The position numbers and the translations under genes were made by a program. Below the pieces are notes generated by a model that was given only the letters and a program-made list of their open reading frames with translations, did no database searches and was not told the origin of the DNA. 64,000 nucleotides of DNA from a virus: the IMG/VR virus record IMGVR_UViG_3300042453_003699, positions 14,034 to 78,033 of that record; one strand, written 5' to 3'. Positions 39,655-48,121 of this stretch are shown one piece after another. Numbering within the stretch: position 1 is the stretch's first letter; every line of letters starts with the position of its first letter.

Positions 39655-39986
39655 TTTAGAATCCTTTCAAGACTGGCTATCTCTTCTAGTATAGTAGCGT
39701 ACTTCTCTTGAAACGATTCAGGGGCTCTATCGAACTTGTCGTCGTACTTCAGTTTCCGAGTGACGAAAGTTTTTGGCATCATGCCCATGTCGATTAACTT
39801 GGCTAAGTCGTCAAAGCTGACTGCTTTTCCTAGAGCGCCGAAAGTCCAGTTCACGAAAGTCGGGATAGACACTTTGCCAACATCAAGGATCATCTCGATC
39901 TGACTCTTCTTGGTGATCTTACCCTCTCGAACATAGTCCATGAGGGTCTCAAGGTACTTGTTCTCGTCGATCTTACTTGTTTTCAT
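39651..39986 (-). CDS. Hypothetical protein with C-terminal EI..LE motif
   Basis: Probable start MKTSK at 39986; ends ILEEIASLERILK. Confidence 0.6.
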   Translation of the reverse strand: MKTSKIDENKYLETLMDYVREGKITKKSQIEMILDVGKVSIPTFVNWTFGALGKAVSFDDLAKLIDMGMMPKTFVTRKLKYDDKFDRAPESFQEKYATILEEIASLERILK

Positions 39987-40212
39987 ACTCATCCCACAAA
40001 CTCTGACAGAACGCCCAAGTAGCATCATCCGAAGGGAACTTATCCTTCATCTTGTCGTGGCACTTGGTTCTCTTGTGCTTCGCGTCACCGACTAGGGTGT
40101 CCCAGAACTGCTTACGGGAGCCTTCGTTCCAACCCTCGGGCATGGAATCCCACTTAGTGGCTACTTTTGCTTCAAGAGCTTGGATCTGGGATTCGATGTC
40201 TTTTTTCTTCAT
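39973..40212 (-). CDS. Small protein with QI..LE.KVA leader
   Basis: GAGGAG RBS; 79 aa. Confidence 0.7.
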   Translation of the reverse strand: MKKKDIESQIQALEAKVATKWDSMPEGWNEGSRKQFWDTLVGDAKHKRTKCHDKMKDKFPSDDATWAFCQSLWDEYENK

Positions 40213-40265
40213 GAGGCTCCTCTATATCTCTTTAATAATAGTCGTACTTTATCAGGAGAAGTCTC

Positions 40266-40580
40266 ATGAGCATCAGTTACAGGGTCGCGAAAAGATTCGA
40301 GTTACGGCGGGAGAAGCTAATAGCGGATTTCTTGGCGGGTATCGGGACTACCTCCGAGAGTGAGGCAGCGTTTTTCCTATCAAACGAGTTTGGGATCAAT
40401 CCTTTTGATGCTCGTGATTTGATTGAAGAGTACCGCGAGTTGGAAAGTGCGGGGCACCCCTCCGAAAAAGATGTTCTCCCCCTCATTTCAAAATACGCTA
40501 CCGCTGAAAAAGTAGCCTGTGGGTGCGGATGTGGTTGCGATTGCTACAATAAATGTGACTGCGGGTGCGGGTGTCACTGA
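40266..40580 (+). CDS. Protein with RVA.RF leader and metallothionein-like Cys tail
   Basis: AGGAG RBS; ends KVACGCGCGCDCYNKCDCGCGCH. Confidence 0.7.
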   Translation: MSISYRVAKRFELRREKLIADFLAGIGTTSESEAAFFLSNEFGINPFDARDLIEEYRELESAGHPSEKDVLPLISKYATAEKVACGCGCGCDCYNKCDCGCGCH

Positions 40581-41605
40581 TGAAAAAGATAGCGCGTATT
40601 CACAAAATTGCTTGGTCGATCGCCCTTCGTTTTGCAAAGGTGAAAGACAAGTTCGAGATCACCGAGAGCGACCTTGTTAAAAACCCAAACCCCAAAGGGG
40701 TCAAGGAATGGGTTACCCAAGAATACGCGGATCAATTCCTATCAAAAGCAAAGAGTCCTAAGAGTCATGGGGAAAAGCTCAAGCAGAACCCCCCTCAGCC
40801 ATCGGACCCAGAGATGAGGTTTACACCTCCGGCGGGTAAAGAACGAGCTGAGTTTAACCGTGAGCAACTGAAGAAGAGAGACCCTAGCTCCAAGAACAAG
40901 CACAAGTTCCGTGGTCTAAGTCCTGAAGAAACAAAACGAGCCGAAGAGCTTTCAAAAAAGAAGGGTTCCGAGTGTACCTTTGACGACATTGCTGAGTTTA
41001 TAGGATTTTTTGAAAAGTCCTACGAAGAGTCCAAGAATTGGGCAAAAACCTTCCTCAAGGGTGGTGCAAAAACTTACAGCGGTCGTTGGAAGGACGAGCA
41101 GTCTCTTTTAGAAAAAATGAACGGTAAGTTTGCACACCGAACTCTTGAGACTGTCGGAGATGTAGTTGCAAATAGGTGCGTGTGCTCTTCGAGAGCCGAT
41201 CAAGCGAAACTGGTCGATTACATCTACGAAAATTGCGTCATCCTTGAGCACGACAACATTGTCGATAACCCTCGCGGGGACGGGTACAGCGCCCACCATT
41301 TTACTTTGGAAGCGCCTGACGGAAGGCTCATTGAGCTTCAAGTGAAAACTGAGAACCAACAGACCTTCTCGGGTTGGAGCCATGACGCGATTTACAAGAA
41401 CAAAGAGGTCAGTGAAAACGGCAAGCCTAAGTACCCAGAGGTGGCGAAGTATGCCCTAGATTTGGGCAACTACATCAATGAAATTGACAGTGGTAAAGAA
41501 CCATCTACCCCGCCCCCTCAACCCCCTGCTATACTGTTAAAGATCCTAAAGGGTCAAAATAAGAAACCGTTTGATCTCAAGGAAATTAAGAGGGTTGGGG
41601 CATGA
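40580..41605 (+). CDS. RelA/SpoT-family small alarmone synthetase (toxSAS, CapRel-like toxin)
   Basis: R.K...SL.EK, D....R, GY.A.H, IELQVKT..Q...W.H...YK synthetase motifs. Confidence 0.85.
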   Translation: MKKIARIHKIAWSIALRFAKVKDKFEITESDLVKNPNPKGVKEWVTQEYADQFLSKAKSPKSHGEKLKQNPPQPSDPEMRFTPPAGKERAEFNREQLKKRDPSSKNKHKFRGLSPEETKRAEELSKKKGSECTFDDIAEFIGFFEKSYEESKNWAKTFLKGGAKTYSGRWKDEQSLLEKMNGKFAHRTLETVGDVVANRCVCSSRADQAKLVDYIYENCVILEHDNIVDNPRGDGYSAHHFTLEAPDGRLIELQVKTENQQTFSGWSHDAIYKNKEVSENGKPKYPEVAKYALDLGNYINEIDSGKEPSTPPPQPPAILLKILKGQNKKPFDLKEIKRVGA

Positions 41606-41823
41606 AGAACTTTTTAGTGGTTAGAGACGAGCATAAGAATACTTTAGAAGTTTTGGAGTTTGATACCACTGCGGATGCTCGGAAAGAAAAGCTATCTCGC
41701 AGGAAGAGCGGGCACAAAGGCGAACTCGTTCTTGCATACGGTTCAGACTTGAAATCGTTTCTTGAAACTTTCACAGAGTATCGCCCCGAGAACTGGCGAG
41801 AGCTGATTAGAAAATCCCTTTAA
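41602..41823 (+). CDS. Putative CapRel-type antitoxin
   Basis: ATGA overlap with the SAS; FLVV.D...EF....A......ELVL..S.L......F.EY pattern resembling the CapRel antitoxin domain. Confidence 0.55.
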   Translation: MKNFLVVRDEHKNTLEVLEFDTTADARKEKLSRRKSGHKGELVLAYGSDLKSFLETFTEYRPENWRELIRKSL

Positions 41824-42166
41824 CGCCCGTCTTTCCACTTTTTGCTTTCTTTTGTGACGGAAGAGGGCGCTCAAATACATGGTAAAGCTGATCGGGGTAT
41901 TCCCCGACTTTGGTGCTACCCAAGTAACGAAGCCCAGCGGAGTGAACGATTTCACCTGTTCTGAAAATGTGGAATATCCGCTCTCGGTATGGGGAGTGAT
42001 CCGCGCACTCAAGGCAAATCAGATACAGTATGAAGTTCCCCTCATAGCAGACGCTCTGAATACCAATGACTTTAGTTAGGATTGGTAGAGCCACCTTGCA
42101 TTCCGGTGGTTTCAACTCATAGACGCTGATGATCTGGTTGCCCTTGGTGAGCGTTTCTTTGACCAT
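41807..42166 (-). CDS. Conserved phage hypothetical protein
   Basis: Probable start at 42166; F.TG......YLG........HVFE pattern. Confidence 0.6.
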   Translation of the reverse strand: MVKETLTKGNQIISVYELKPPECKVALPILTKVIGIQSVCYEGNFILYLICLECADHSPYRERIFHIFRTGEIVHSAGLRYLGSTKVGEYPDQLYHVFERPLPSQKKAKSGKTGVKGIF

Positions 42167-42180
42167 ACCCAAGGAGCATA

Positions 42181-42651
42181 TTACTCTGCTAACCTTTTTA
42201 GCCAGTTTTTGTAGGAGTTTGTTACCTTTTTCACATACGCACGAATATGCGAGTTGTTGGTGCAAGCCGAAACCTTCACCGCGAATCCCGCGTTGTGGCA
42301 ACAAATGATCTGCTCGGGGTCGTCGAAACGCTCCGCGCATTTCTTCAGATGCAGAACCCCTAGCCGTGTGTTCACGGAGGGGTTCATGAGTTCTTCTACC
42401 GTTCCTTTGAATCCCATCGACCGAGCGGTCGGGTAAAATAGTTGAAACAACCCTACGCTATAGGTCTTGAATTTCGGCTCGTATCTTAAAGCCTTGTGGT
42501 TGAAATTGCTCTCTACCTCCGCTACTGCCAAAACCAGAGCGGGTTCTAAACCATGAGCCTGAGCCGTTTTTTTAATCTCATCGTGGGTTTTGCTCTCTTG
42601 TGCAAAGACAGCGGAACTCACGAGGAGTAGTAAGATGGGTGTAAATTTCAT
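42181..42651 (-). CDS. Lytic transglycosylase (SLT) with signal peptide
   Basis: VES catalytic motif, GLFQL, HNAG; N-terminal signal ending AVFA. Confidence 0.9.
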   Translation of the reverse strand: MKFTPILLLLVSSAVFAQESKTHDEIKKTAQAHGLEPALVLAVAEVESNFNHKALRYEPKFKTYSVGLFQLFYPTARSMGFKGTVEELMNPSVNTRLGVLHLKKCAERFDDPEQIICCHNAGFAVKVSACTNNSHIRAYVKKVTNSYKNWLKRLAE

Positions 42652-42906
42652 TCAGTTGAGGCGAGTGGAGATTCCAGCCGCCAAGTCGAATCCGCTGAGG
42701 ATGTCTTGGTTGAACTGGATCTTGCTCGCTTGTTTAAGGCGATCGTTCTCTCGATTGAGGCGTTCCACCCTCTCGACAAGATCGCCCTGCATTGCGATGA
42801 TCCTTTGCATATCGCGCAGTCTCTCAGAGAGATGAATGTTCTCTGCTCGCAGAGTCTCATTCGCCATCTCAAGCTCGTCAATGCGTTTCGTGTAATCGGG
42901 TCTCAT
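42652..42906 (-). CDS. Coiled-coil hypothetical protein
   Basis: AGGAGG RBS; heptad pattern. Confidence 0.65.
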   Translation of the reverse strand: MRPDYTKRIDELEMANETLRAENIHLSERLRDMQRIIAMQGDLVERVERLNRENDRLKQASKIQFNQDILSGFDLAAGISTRLN

Positions 42907-42972
42907 ATTCCTCCTGATTTTAGCTCCGACTATCTTAGTCAGAGAATGTTACCTATTGTGGTTTAATCTTGC

Positions 42973-43004
42973 AAATAAAAACGCCGAGGTTGCCCTCGGC
43001 GTTT
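42973..43004 (-). terminator. Rho-independent terminator
   Basis: AAACGCCGAGG-TTGC-CCTCGGCGTTT with an A tract on the left side. Confidence 0.8.
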
Positions 43005-43026
43005 AGTAAAAACTAACTGATAGATT

Positions 43027-43302
43027 TTAGCCAGTTACGCCGTGCGTAATGCTGACAACTCCCAAATCGGAGAAAGTCTTGAGGGCACCGATAGATGCGG
43101 AGAGGAGAACTTCTCCGGTTTCTTCGACGAGAAGGTCGTCGCCGGGATTGAGGTAGAAGTCCTGTCCAAGATATTCAAGAGTGCCTACATGGTCTAAACG
43201 ACGACCAATGTCTCCAAGGTAGATAGCTCCGACGGTATCACCGACGGCAAAACCACCGCCAGCGGTGGAAACAGTTCCATTGTGTACAAGACGAGTTTTC
43301 AT
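43027..43302 (-). CDS. Small putative virion protein
   Basis: Monocistronic layout: CTAATA upstream, AGGAG RBS, own terminator. Confidence 0.7.
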   Translation of the reverse strand: MKTRLVHNGTVSTAGGGFAVGDTVGAIYLGDIGRRLDHVGTLEYLGQDFYLNPGDDLLVEETGEVLLSASIGALKTFSDLGVVSITHGVTG

Positions 43303-43336
43303 TCTGTTCTCCTGTTAGATGCGAGGTATTAGTCCT

Positions 43337-43786
43337 CTATTTGAAGATCCAACTTAGAGCTTTAGTCAAACTATTCTCGACTTCTGGCTCCAAGGTGTGC
43401 GGGGGTTCAAACGCTACCCCCACAACGAAAGTTAAGGTTACATTCTTCAGTTCGCTCATTTTCTTGGGTACTCCCCAGTAGTCCTCAAGCCATGCGGTCA
43501 GCTCAAAGTCCGTGAGCTTTCTGATTACTGAGTGAAGTTCCGAGTCGAGCTTCTTCTTGTTGGATTGACTGAAAAACAACTCCTCGAAGGCTTCGCTGAG
43601 GTTTTCATCATCCAGATGAGAGTCCGTATAGTACATCGCCTCGGCATCGAGTTCGGCGGAATGTTTGGTCATATCGCCTAGATTGACCTTGATTTCATAC
43701 AGGATTTTACCCCGTTCCTGATCTTTCTTTTGGGTACTGGTTTGGAAAGAAGCCCAACGCAAGGCTACCCTATCCGCAGTTTTCAT
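43337..43786 (-). CDS. Hypothetical protein with KTADRVALRW leader
   Basis: Probable start at 43786 with GAGG RBS. Confidence 0.65.
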   Translation of the reverse strand: MKTADRVALRWASFQTSTQKKDQERGKILYEIKVNLGDMTKHSAELDAEAMYYTDSHLDDENLSEAFEELFFSQSNKKKLDSELHSVIRKLTDFELTAWLEDYWGVPKKMSELKNVTLTFVVGVAFEPPHTLEPEVENSLTKALSWIFK

Positions 43787-43828
43787 CCGAACGCGCCTCA
43801 TCCTCTATTATTTTATTAGGTAAATAGG

Positions 43829-46435
43829 ATGTTATTCAAAGAACTAGGGCTAACCGCCCAAACAGACGCTACGGGTTCGGATCTTTTCGGGTTTTCGGTC
43901 TCATTGAACGAGATCGGGGATCTTTTTGCAGTAGGGGCTCCGGCTCATCAATCCAATGTCGGCGCTGTCTACTTGTTTCGCCGAAACCACGACGGTTCGA
44001 GAACTCAAATACAGAAGATTACGCCCTCCGACTCTCCGGCAGGAGGAAAGTTTGGTTCCTCTGTAGCTATTTCAGCGGGGGTTCTGGCAGTCGGGTCTCC
44101 CAATGTCACTGGGGTCTCCGGCAGAACCGATCATGGGGCGGTTTATCTTTACTTCTGGGACGGCTCTTCTTTTTCCAGTGAACAGAAGATCATTCCAACG
44201 GGGGGTCAAACCCCGTCATCGGGCTCCTTGAACAATACCTACTTTGGACATTCCGTTAGTCTTTCAACCGATGGGAATTATTTGGCGGTGGGAAACAACG
44301 CCTCAAACGAGGAGGGTTGCCTAGTTTACGCCTATCAAAAAACAGGCGCTTCGTTCGCACTTGCGTCGGTCTTGTCTAATCCAAGGTCTGGCGCGTATGT
44401 TTCAAAGTTTGGTAAAGCGGTGTGTTTAGATGAGCGAGGAACCACTCTCGTATGTGGCGCTCCTATGCTCGCGTCCTCGGATAATCTTTCCGTAAAAATG
44501 GGCGGGGCTTTTACCTATGTCCGAAGAACAGCGTCATTCAACCTGATGGACAGTATTTACTTCCCATCGACTGGAATCGCTTTTTCGGAATTCGGAGCCT
44601 CCGTATCAGTGAGCCAGAGAGGTAGTATTTTTACTTTTGGAGTTCCGGCTTACAACAACCAACAAGGCGCTGTCGCCCTACTGTTGTCTTCAGCTCCTAC
44701 ATTTTCAATGAATCTCAGTCAGCCTGTTGTTTTTGAAAACCACGGATTTTTGATTGAGCCTACAGTGGGCACTGGGTCTAACCTCAGATTCGGTTCAGCG
44801 CACTCCTTGGATAAGCGAGGAGGTCGTCTTTTAGTTGGCATGGACGGTTCCGCAGACACCGTGGGAAAAACTTGGGTTTTTGAGATTTTTGCTGACCTTG
44901 GGTATAAAAATTTCAGCTCAGGTCAAGCATTTGAACAAGTTTTTGAATGGAACCCGCCATCTATCACTCAATCTGGTCAAAAATACGGGCAGTCTGTCGC
45001 TATGTCGAGCGATGGGTTGGTGACCTTGGCGGGAGCGCCTTATCACAATTCAAACGGATCGGTGTTGAGTTACAAGTCAAGGCTCAACTGTTCCTTGGTC
45101 GTTCAGGACATCGCTCACAATTTCTACTCAGAGCTTGAGGTAGACACAGGAATTGACTTGTCCTCTTACGACACCCCATTCAATGCCATACCTCCTGTCA
45201 GCAAGGTTGCCCAAAAGATGGTGAACACTGTCACCTATACGGGTCGCTTGGATCTGATTCTGGAGAAGACTGGATCTCCTTCGGGTAATTTGAGTTTTCA
45301 GTTTGTGTTTGGAGATGCGGTTGGACCTTATTCCGATCCTTCAGCGGTGATAGCCTCTTCCTCGAATCTTGCGATCAGTTCAGTGTCCTCGCTAGGAACT
45401 TATTCTCTGGATGTCCCGAACAAGCTCATCCAAGAAAACGATCAGGTGTGGATTGTTTTGGAGTTTGATTCGACCTATCTTTCTTCCGCCGATGCTTCAA
45501 ACTATGCGACCCTTTACGGAATCAACGGGACCTTCCCTGAGTTTAGGTCTTACAATGGGTCTTGGTCTACAGTCCCTAGCTTCGGTCTTTGCTACAAGCC
45601 CGTATCCACATACGCAGTCGGTCGGAGTGAATACGGGTATTTGAGTGTTCCTCCATTTGACATCAACAACTCCCTCGTTACGGCAAAAGGCGCACCCTAT
45701 TCAGTAAACGGAGGCGAGAAGATCATGCTCGAAAAGAACGGGTTTCTAAAACAAACCTTGTATCTGCCTACTCCCGCCGTAGCGGGTCAGCTTACTCAAG
45801 CCGAGCTGATTAGTTTCCTGAACGCGAACTTGGATGCTCGGTTTAACTGTACCGCTCAAGCCGCAACTGTGGGGGGCAAGGATGTCGTAGTGATTAGAAA
45901 CAACGACCTTTTCACTAACTACTACGGCGCTGTAGAAGCCCAAGGCTTCATCCGTGCCGACACGGAGTGGGATCTGGCTTCAAATGGTACGAATCCCGCC
46001 GACGATGCTTTAGCTTTTACGAACGGGGCGAACATCTGGCTTTTCAAACCGGATCTCATGGAGAACTTTGGGATCACAAAAACGACAGTCGCGTCGGACT
46101 GGCACGATTGGCATGAGACGATACATAAACCCCTTCAGAGTTTCTATTTCAGCAACTCCGATGTGGGGGGACCGCAGGTCTATTTCAGACCAAAAGTATT
46201 CATCTTCCCGATGGGACCGCTCGCGGTGAATTGGAGCTTGAGAGAGCTATACGCTTTCGTAGTCAATAACTTCGTTCTGAACCCAACCCAGAAGAAGGTC
46301 TTGGATATGAATGGCAACTACGCGCCCGCGAGCTTGTCCGCTCTCACGGATCAGACCTATATCAATTTAGTCCTACTGTTTCAGTACGATAGCGCAAATG
46401 ACCAACAGTACATAGGGGCTTACTGGTATCGCTAA
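43829..46435 (+). CDS. FG-GAP (integrin-alpha-like) beta-propeller protein with C-terminal virion domains
   Basis: Seven FG.SV...VGAP-type repeats, then beta domains and the shared ~150-aa domain. Confidence 0.85.
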   Translation: MLFKELGLTAQTDATGSDLFGFSVSLNEIGDLFAVGAPAHQSNVGAVYLFRRNHDGSRTQIQKITPSDSPAGGKFGSSVAISAGVLAVGSPNVTGVSGRTDHGAVYLYFWDGSSFSSEQKIIPTGGQTPSSGSLNNTYFGHSVSLSTDGNYLAVGNNASNEEGCLVYAYQKTGASFALASVLSNPRSGAYVSKFGKAVCLDERGTTLVCGAPMLASSDNLSVKMGGAFTYVRRTASFNLMDSIYFPSTGIAFSEFGASVSVSQRGSIFTFGVPAYNNQQGAVALLLSSAPTFSMNLSQPVVFENHGFLIEPTVGTGSNLRFGSAHSLDKRGGRLLVGMDGSADTVGKTWVFEIFADLGYKNFSSGQAFEQVFEWNPPSITQSGQKYGQSVAMSSDGLVTLAGAPYHNSNGSVLSYKSRLNCSLVVQDIAHNFYSELEVDTGIDLSSYDTPFNAIPPVSKVAQKMVNTVTYTGRLDLILEKTGSPSGNLSFQFVFGDAVGPYSDPSAVIASSSNLAISSVSSLGTYSLDVPNKLIQENDQVWIVLEFDSTYLSSADASNYATLYGINGTFPEFRSYNGSWSTVPSFGLCYKPVSTYAVGRSEYGYLSVPPFDINNSLVTAKGAPYSVNGGEKIMLEKNGFLKQTLYLPTPAVAGQLTQAELISFLNANLDARFNCTAQAATVGGKDVVVIRNNDLFTNYYGAVEAQGFIRADTEWDLASNGTNPADDALAFTNGANIWLFKPDLMENFGITKTTVASDWHDWHETIHKPLQSFYFSNSDVGGPQVYFRPKVFIFPMGPLAVNWSLRELYAFVVNNFVLNPTQKKVLDMNGNYAPASLSALTDQTYINLVLLFQYDSANDQQYIGAYWYR

Positions 46436-46441
46436 ATTTTT

Positions 46442-46476
46442 GTTGCTTTCCGCCGAAAAGGGTGGAACAACTTTCT
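46442..46476 (+). terminator. Hairpin after the FG-GAP gene that contains the TTCCGCCGAA motif
   Basis: GTTG..TTCCGCC/GGTGGAA-CAAC then TTTCTT. Confidence 0.45.
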
Positions 46477-46484
46477 TGTGTGGT

Positions 46485-46800
46485 GGTCAGATCATTCTCA
46501 CTTCGTAACAAACCTCGCGGGTTCGCTCGCATCCAAAGAAGAAACCGTTCTTATGGCACGGCGCGTCAACGATCAGTGGGAATATGCTGTGGTTTTGTTG
46601 GATCACCCGAAACAAACCGCCCTGTTACTGAAAACCGTACAGGGCAATGTTAGTATGGGATACGCTGAGACATCCGTTATGACAGGATCTTGGAGCCGCA
46701 TCCCGCACTCCTCTTCTTAATCAAGGAGGACTGCGCGTGTAGCCGACAACTGAGTTTAGAAGTTTCCTGAAATCAACGACCAGAGCCTCGCTCTGGAAAA
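46485..46800 (+). ncRNA. Putative structured ncRNA or long 5' leader of the RRM gene
   Basis: At least seven consecutive or nested stems with G-U pairs and a UUCG loop; family not recognised. Confidence 0.5.
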
Positions 46801-46816
46801 ATGAGGTGTCTTTGTA

Positions 46817-47236
46817 ATGCAAACTACTGTTTATGTTTCTAATCTTCCCTACTCCGCCACAGACGCGGATCTCCAAACCTATTTCAGCGTCTTTGGAGCC
46901 ATCAAGACCATCAAAATGCTAACCGATAGGGAGACAGGTCGCCCTCGCGGTATCGCCTTTGTTGAGTATCTTGATGAAGCCACGGCTACGAACGCGATTG
47001 AAGGTACGGACAAGCGGGATTTCATGGGTCGCGCTTTGAATGTTTCTCTTGCTCGTCCAAAAGGACAAAAGCCTGAGCGCACTATTCGCGAGGCTCGCGC
47101 CCCGCGTGAGTATTCTCAGGATAACTACCGTGAGTATTCACAGCCGGAAATGTCTTGGCACGATCCGAACTTCGACAGTTACAATAAGCGCGATCGTCGT
47201 GATCGTCGCGATAATCGTCGTAAGTACGATCGCTGA
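46817..47236 (+). CDS. RNA recognition motif (RRM) protein with Arg/Asp-rich tail
   Basis: RNP2 VYVSNL, RNP1 RGIAFVEY; GAGGT RBS. Confidence 0.92.
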   Translation: MQTTVYVSNLPYSATDADLQTYFSVFGAIKTIKMLTDRETGRPRGIAFVEYLDEATATNAIEGTDKRDFMGRALNVSLARPKGQKPERTIREARAPREYSQDNYREYSQPEMSWHDPNFDSYNKRDRRDRRDNRRKYDR

Positions 47237-47241
47237 TTTTA

Positions 47242-47323
47242 TTGGGGTTCCGAGTAGGCAGGAGCAAGGGTCTACACCGTCCAGTGGGTTAAAAACCCAG
47301 AAGCCAATGGTGAACCTGCCCCA
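47242..47323 (+). ncRNA. Putative structured element downstream of the RRM gene
   Basis: Nested stems GGCAGG/CCTGCC, CACCGT/ATGGTG, TGGGTT/AACCCA. Confidence 0.4.
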
Positions 47324-47328
47324 TCAAA

Positions 47329-47676
47329 TCAACCGTCTGCATCTGTGTCTATCTTGTATCCACGAGACATCCACGGCTCCGGCTTGATGTTTCGGAACCA
47401 ATCAGAAACGGTCGGCACTCTTCCGCCACAGTCCTCTTTGATGTGTTGCTCGCAGATGTAGCGCACAGGAATCTGCTTACCGTCCGCGTTCGTGATGGTC
47501 AGACCGAACACTCGTTCAGCCTCAAAGATTCCTTGAGAGTGGTGTCGTAAGGCGCGATGCCTAAAGTCACAAAATGTTTCCTTGGTCGAGTCAAGCCATT
47601 GGTGAATAGGGGTGTAATCTTCCGCTTTACCGCCGAAGATTTTGGCTGATGTTTCCGAATGATGGCAGGGGTGCAT
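47329..47676 (-). CDS. DUF6915-like protein
   Basis: HP.HH...SA..FGG..EDY..IH.W.D.TK....D.RHRALRHH..GIF..E..FG. Confidence 0.75.
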   Translation of the reverse strand: MHPCHHSETSAKIFGGKAEDYTPIHQWLDSTKETFCDFRHRALRHHSQGIFEAERVFGLTITNADGKQIPVRYICEQHIKEDCGGRVPTVSDWFRNIKPEPWMSRGYKIDTDADG

Positions 47677-47677
47677 A

Positions 47678-48121
47678 TCAAAACTCCTCCGAGTGTGTTT
47701 CAACGGTCGTGATCCGTTGGTTGTGTTCGAGGCTTACCTTGCCTGTATCGGGGTCAATCGTTATTTCTCCGTAACCCCCGTCGTTGTTGACCCAATCAAA
47801 ACCCGCTTTTTCCAGAACTTCGTAGCAGAAGTCTCGGATGATCTCTTCCAGTTCCATGTCCTCTGTTTTTTCTTTTTCGATCCATGTGCCCTTCGAGAAA
47901 GCACCTTTCTTGGAAGTCCACTTAATCTTGATCCCGTCGATGTTGATTTTTTTCAGTTCGGGTTTACTGCCAAGTTTCTTTTTGACTTTGGTGATGTCAC
48001 AAGAACCGTAAGCCTGAACCTCGGTGATTTGACCGTCATCTCCTGATCCGTCATAGGTCACGACTACAGACCCGACATTGTTTTGTTTCAGTGCGTCCAT
48101 CAATTCCTGTTTGTTTTTCAT
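47678..48121 (-). CDS. DUF6878-like protein
   Basis: YDGSGDDGQI and W.NNDGGYG motifs; usual partner of DUF6915. Confidence 0.75.
   Translation of the reverse strand: MKNKQELMDALKQNNVGSVVVTYDGSGDDGQITEVQAYGSCDITKVKKKLGSKPELKKINIDGIKIKWTSKKGAFSKGTWIEKEKTEDMELEEIIRDFCYEVLEKAGFDWVNNDGGYGEITIDPDTGKVSLEHNQRITTVETHSEEF

Noticed and set aside
46481-46520. tmRNA or tRNA 3' end (CCACCA on the minus strand)
   Set aside because: No T arm or matching acceptor stem
46462-46720. 63-aa and 80-aa ORFs upstream of the RRM gene
   Set aside because: No clear RBS or motifs, and dense base pairing favours an RNA element; coding is not fully excluded
46723-46742. AAGGAGG followed by GTG-TAG start-stop element
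   Set aside because: The SD-like sequence is the 3' arm of a hairpin, which explains it
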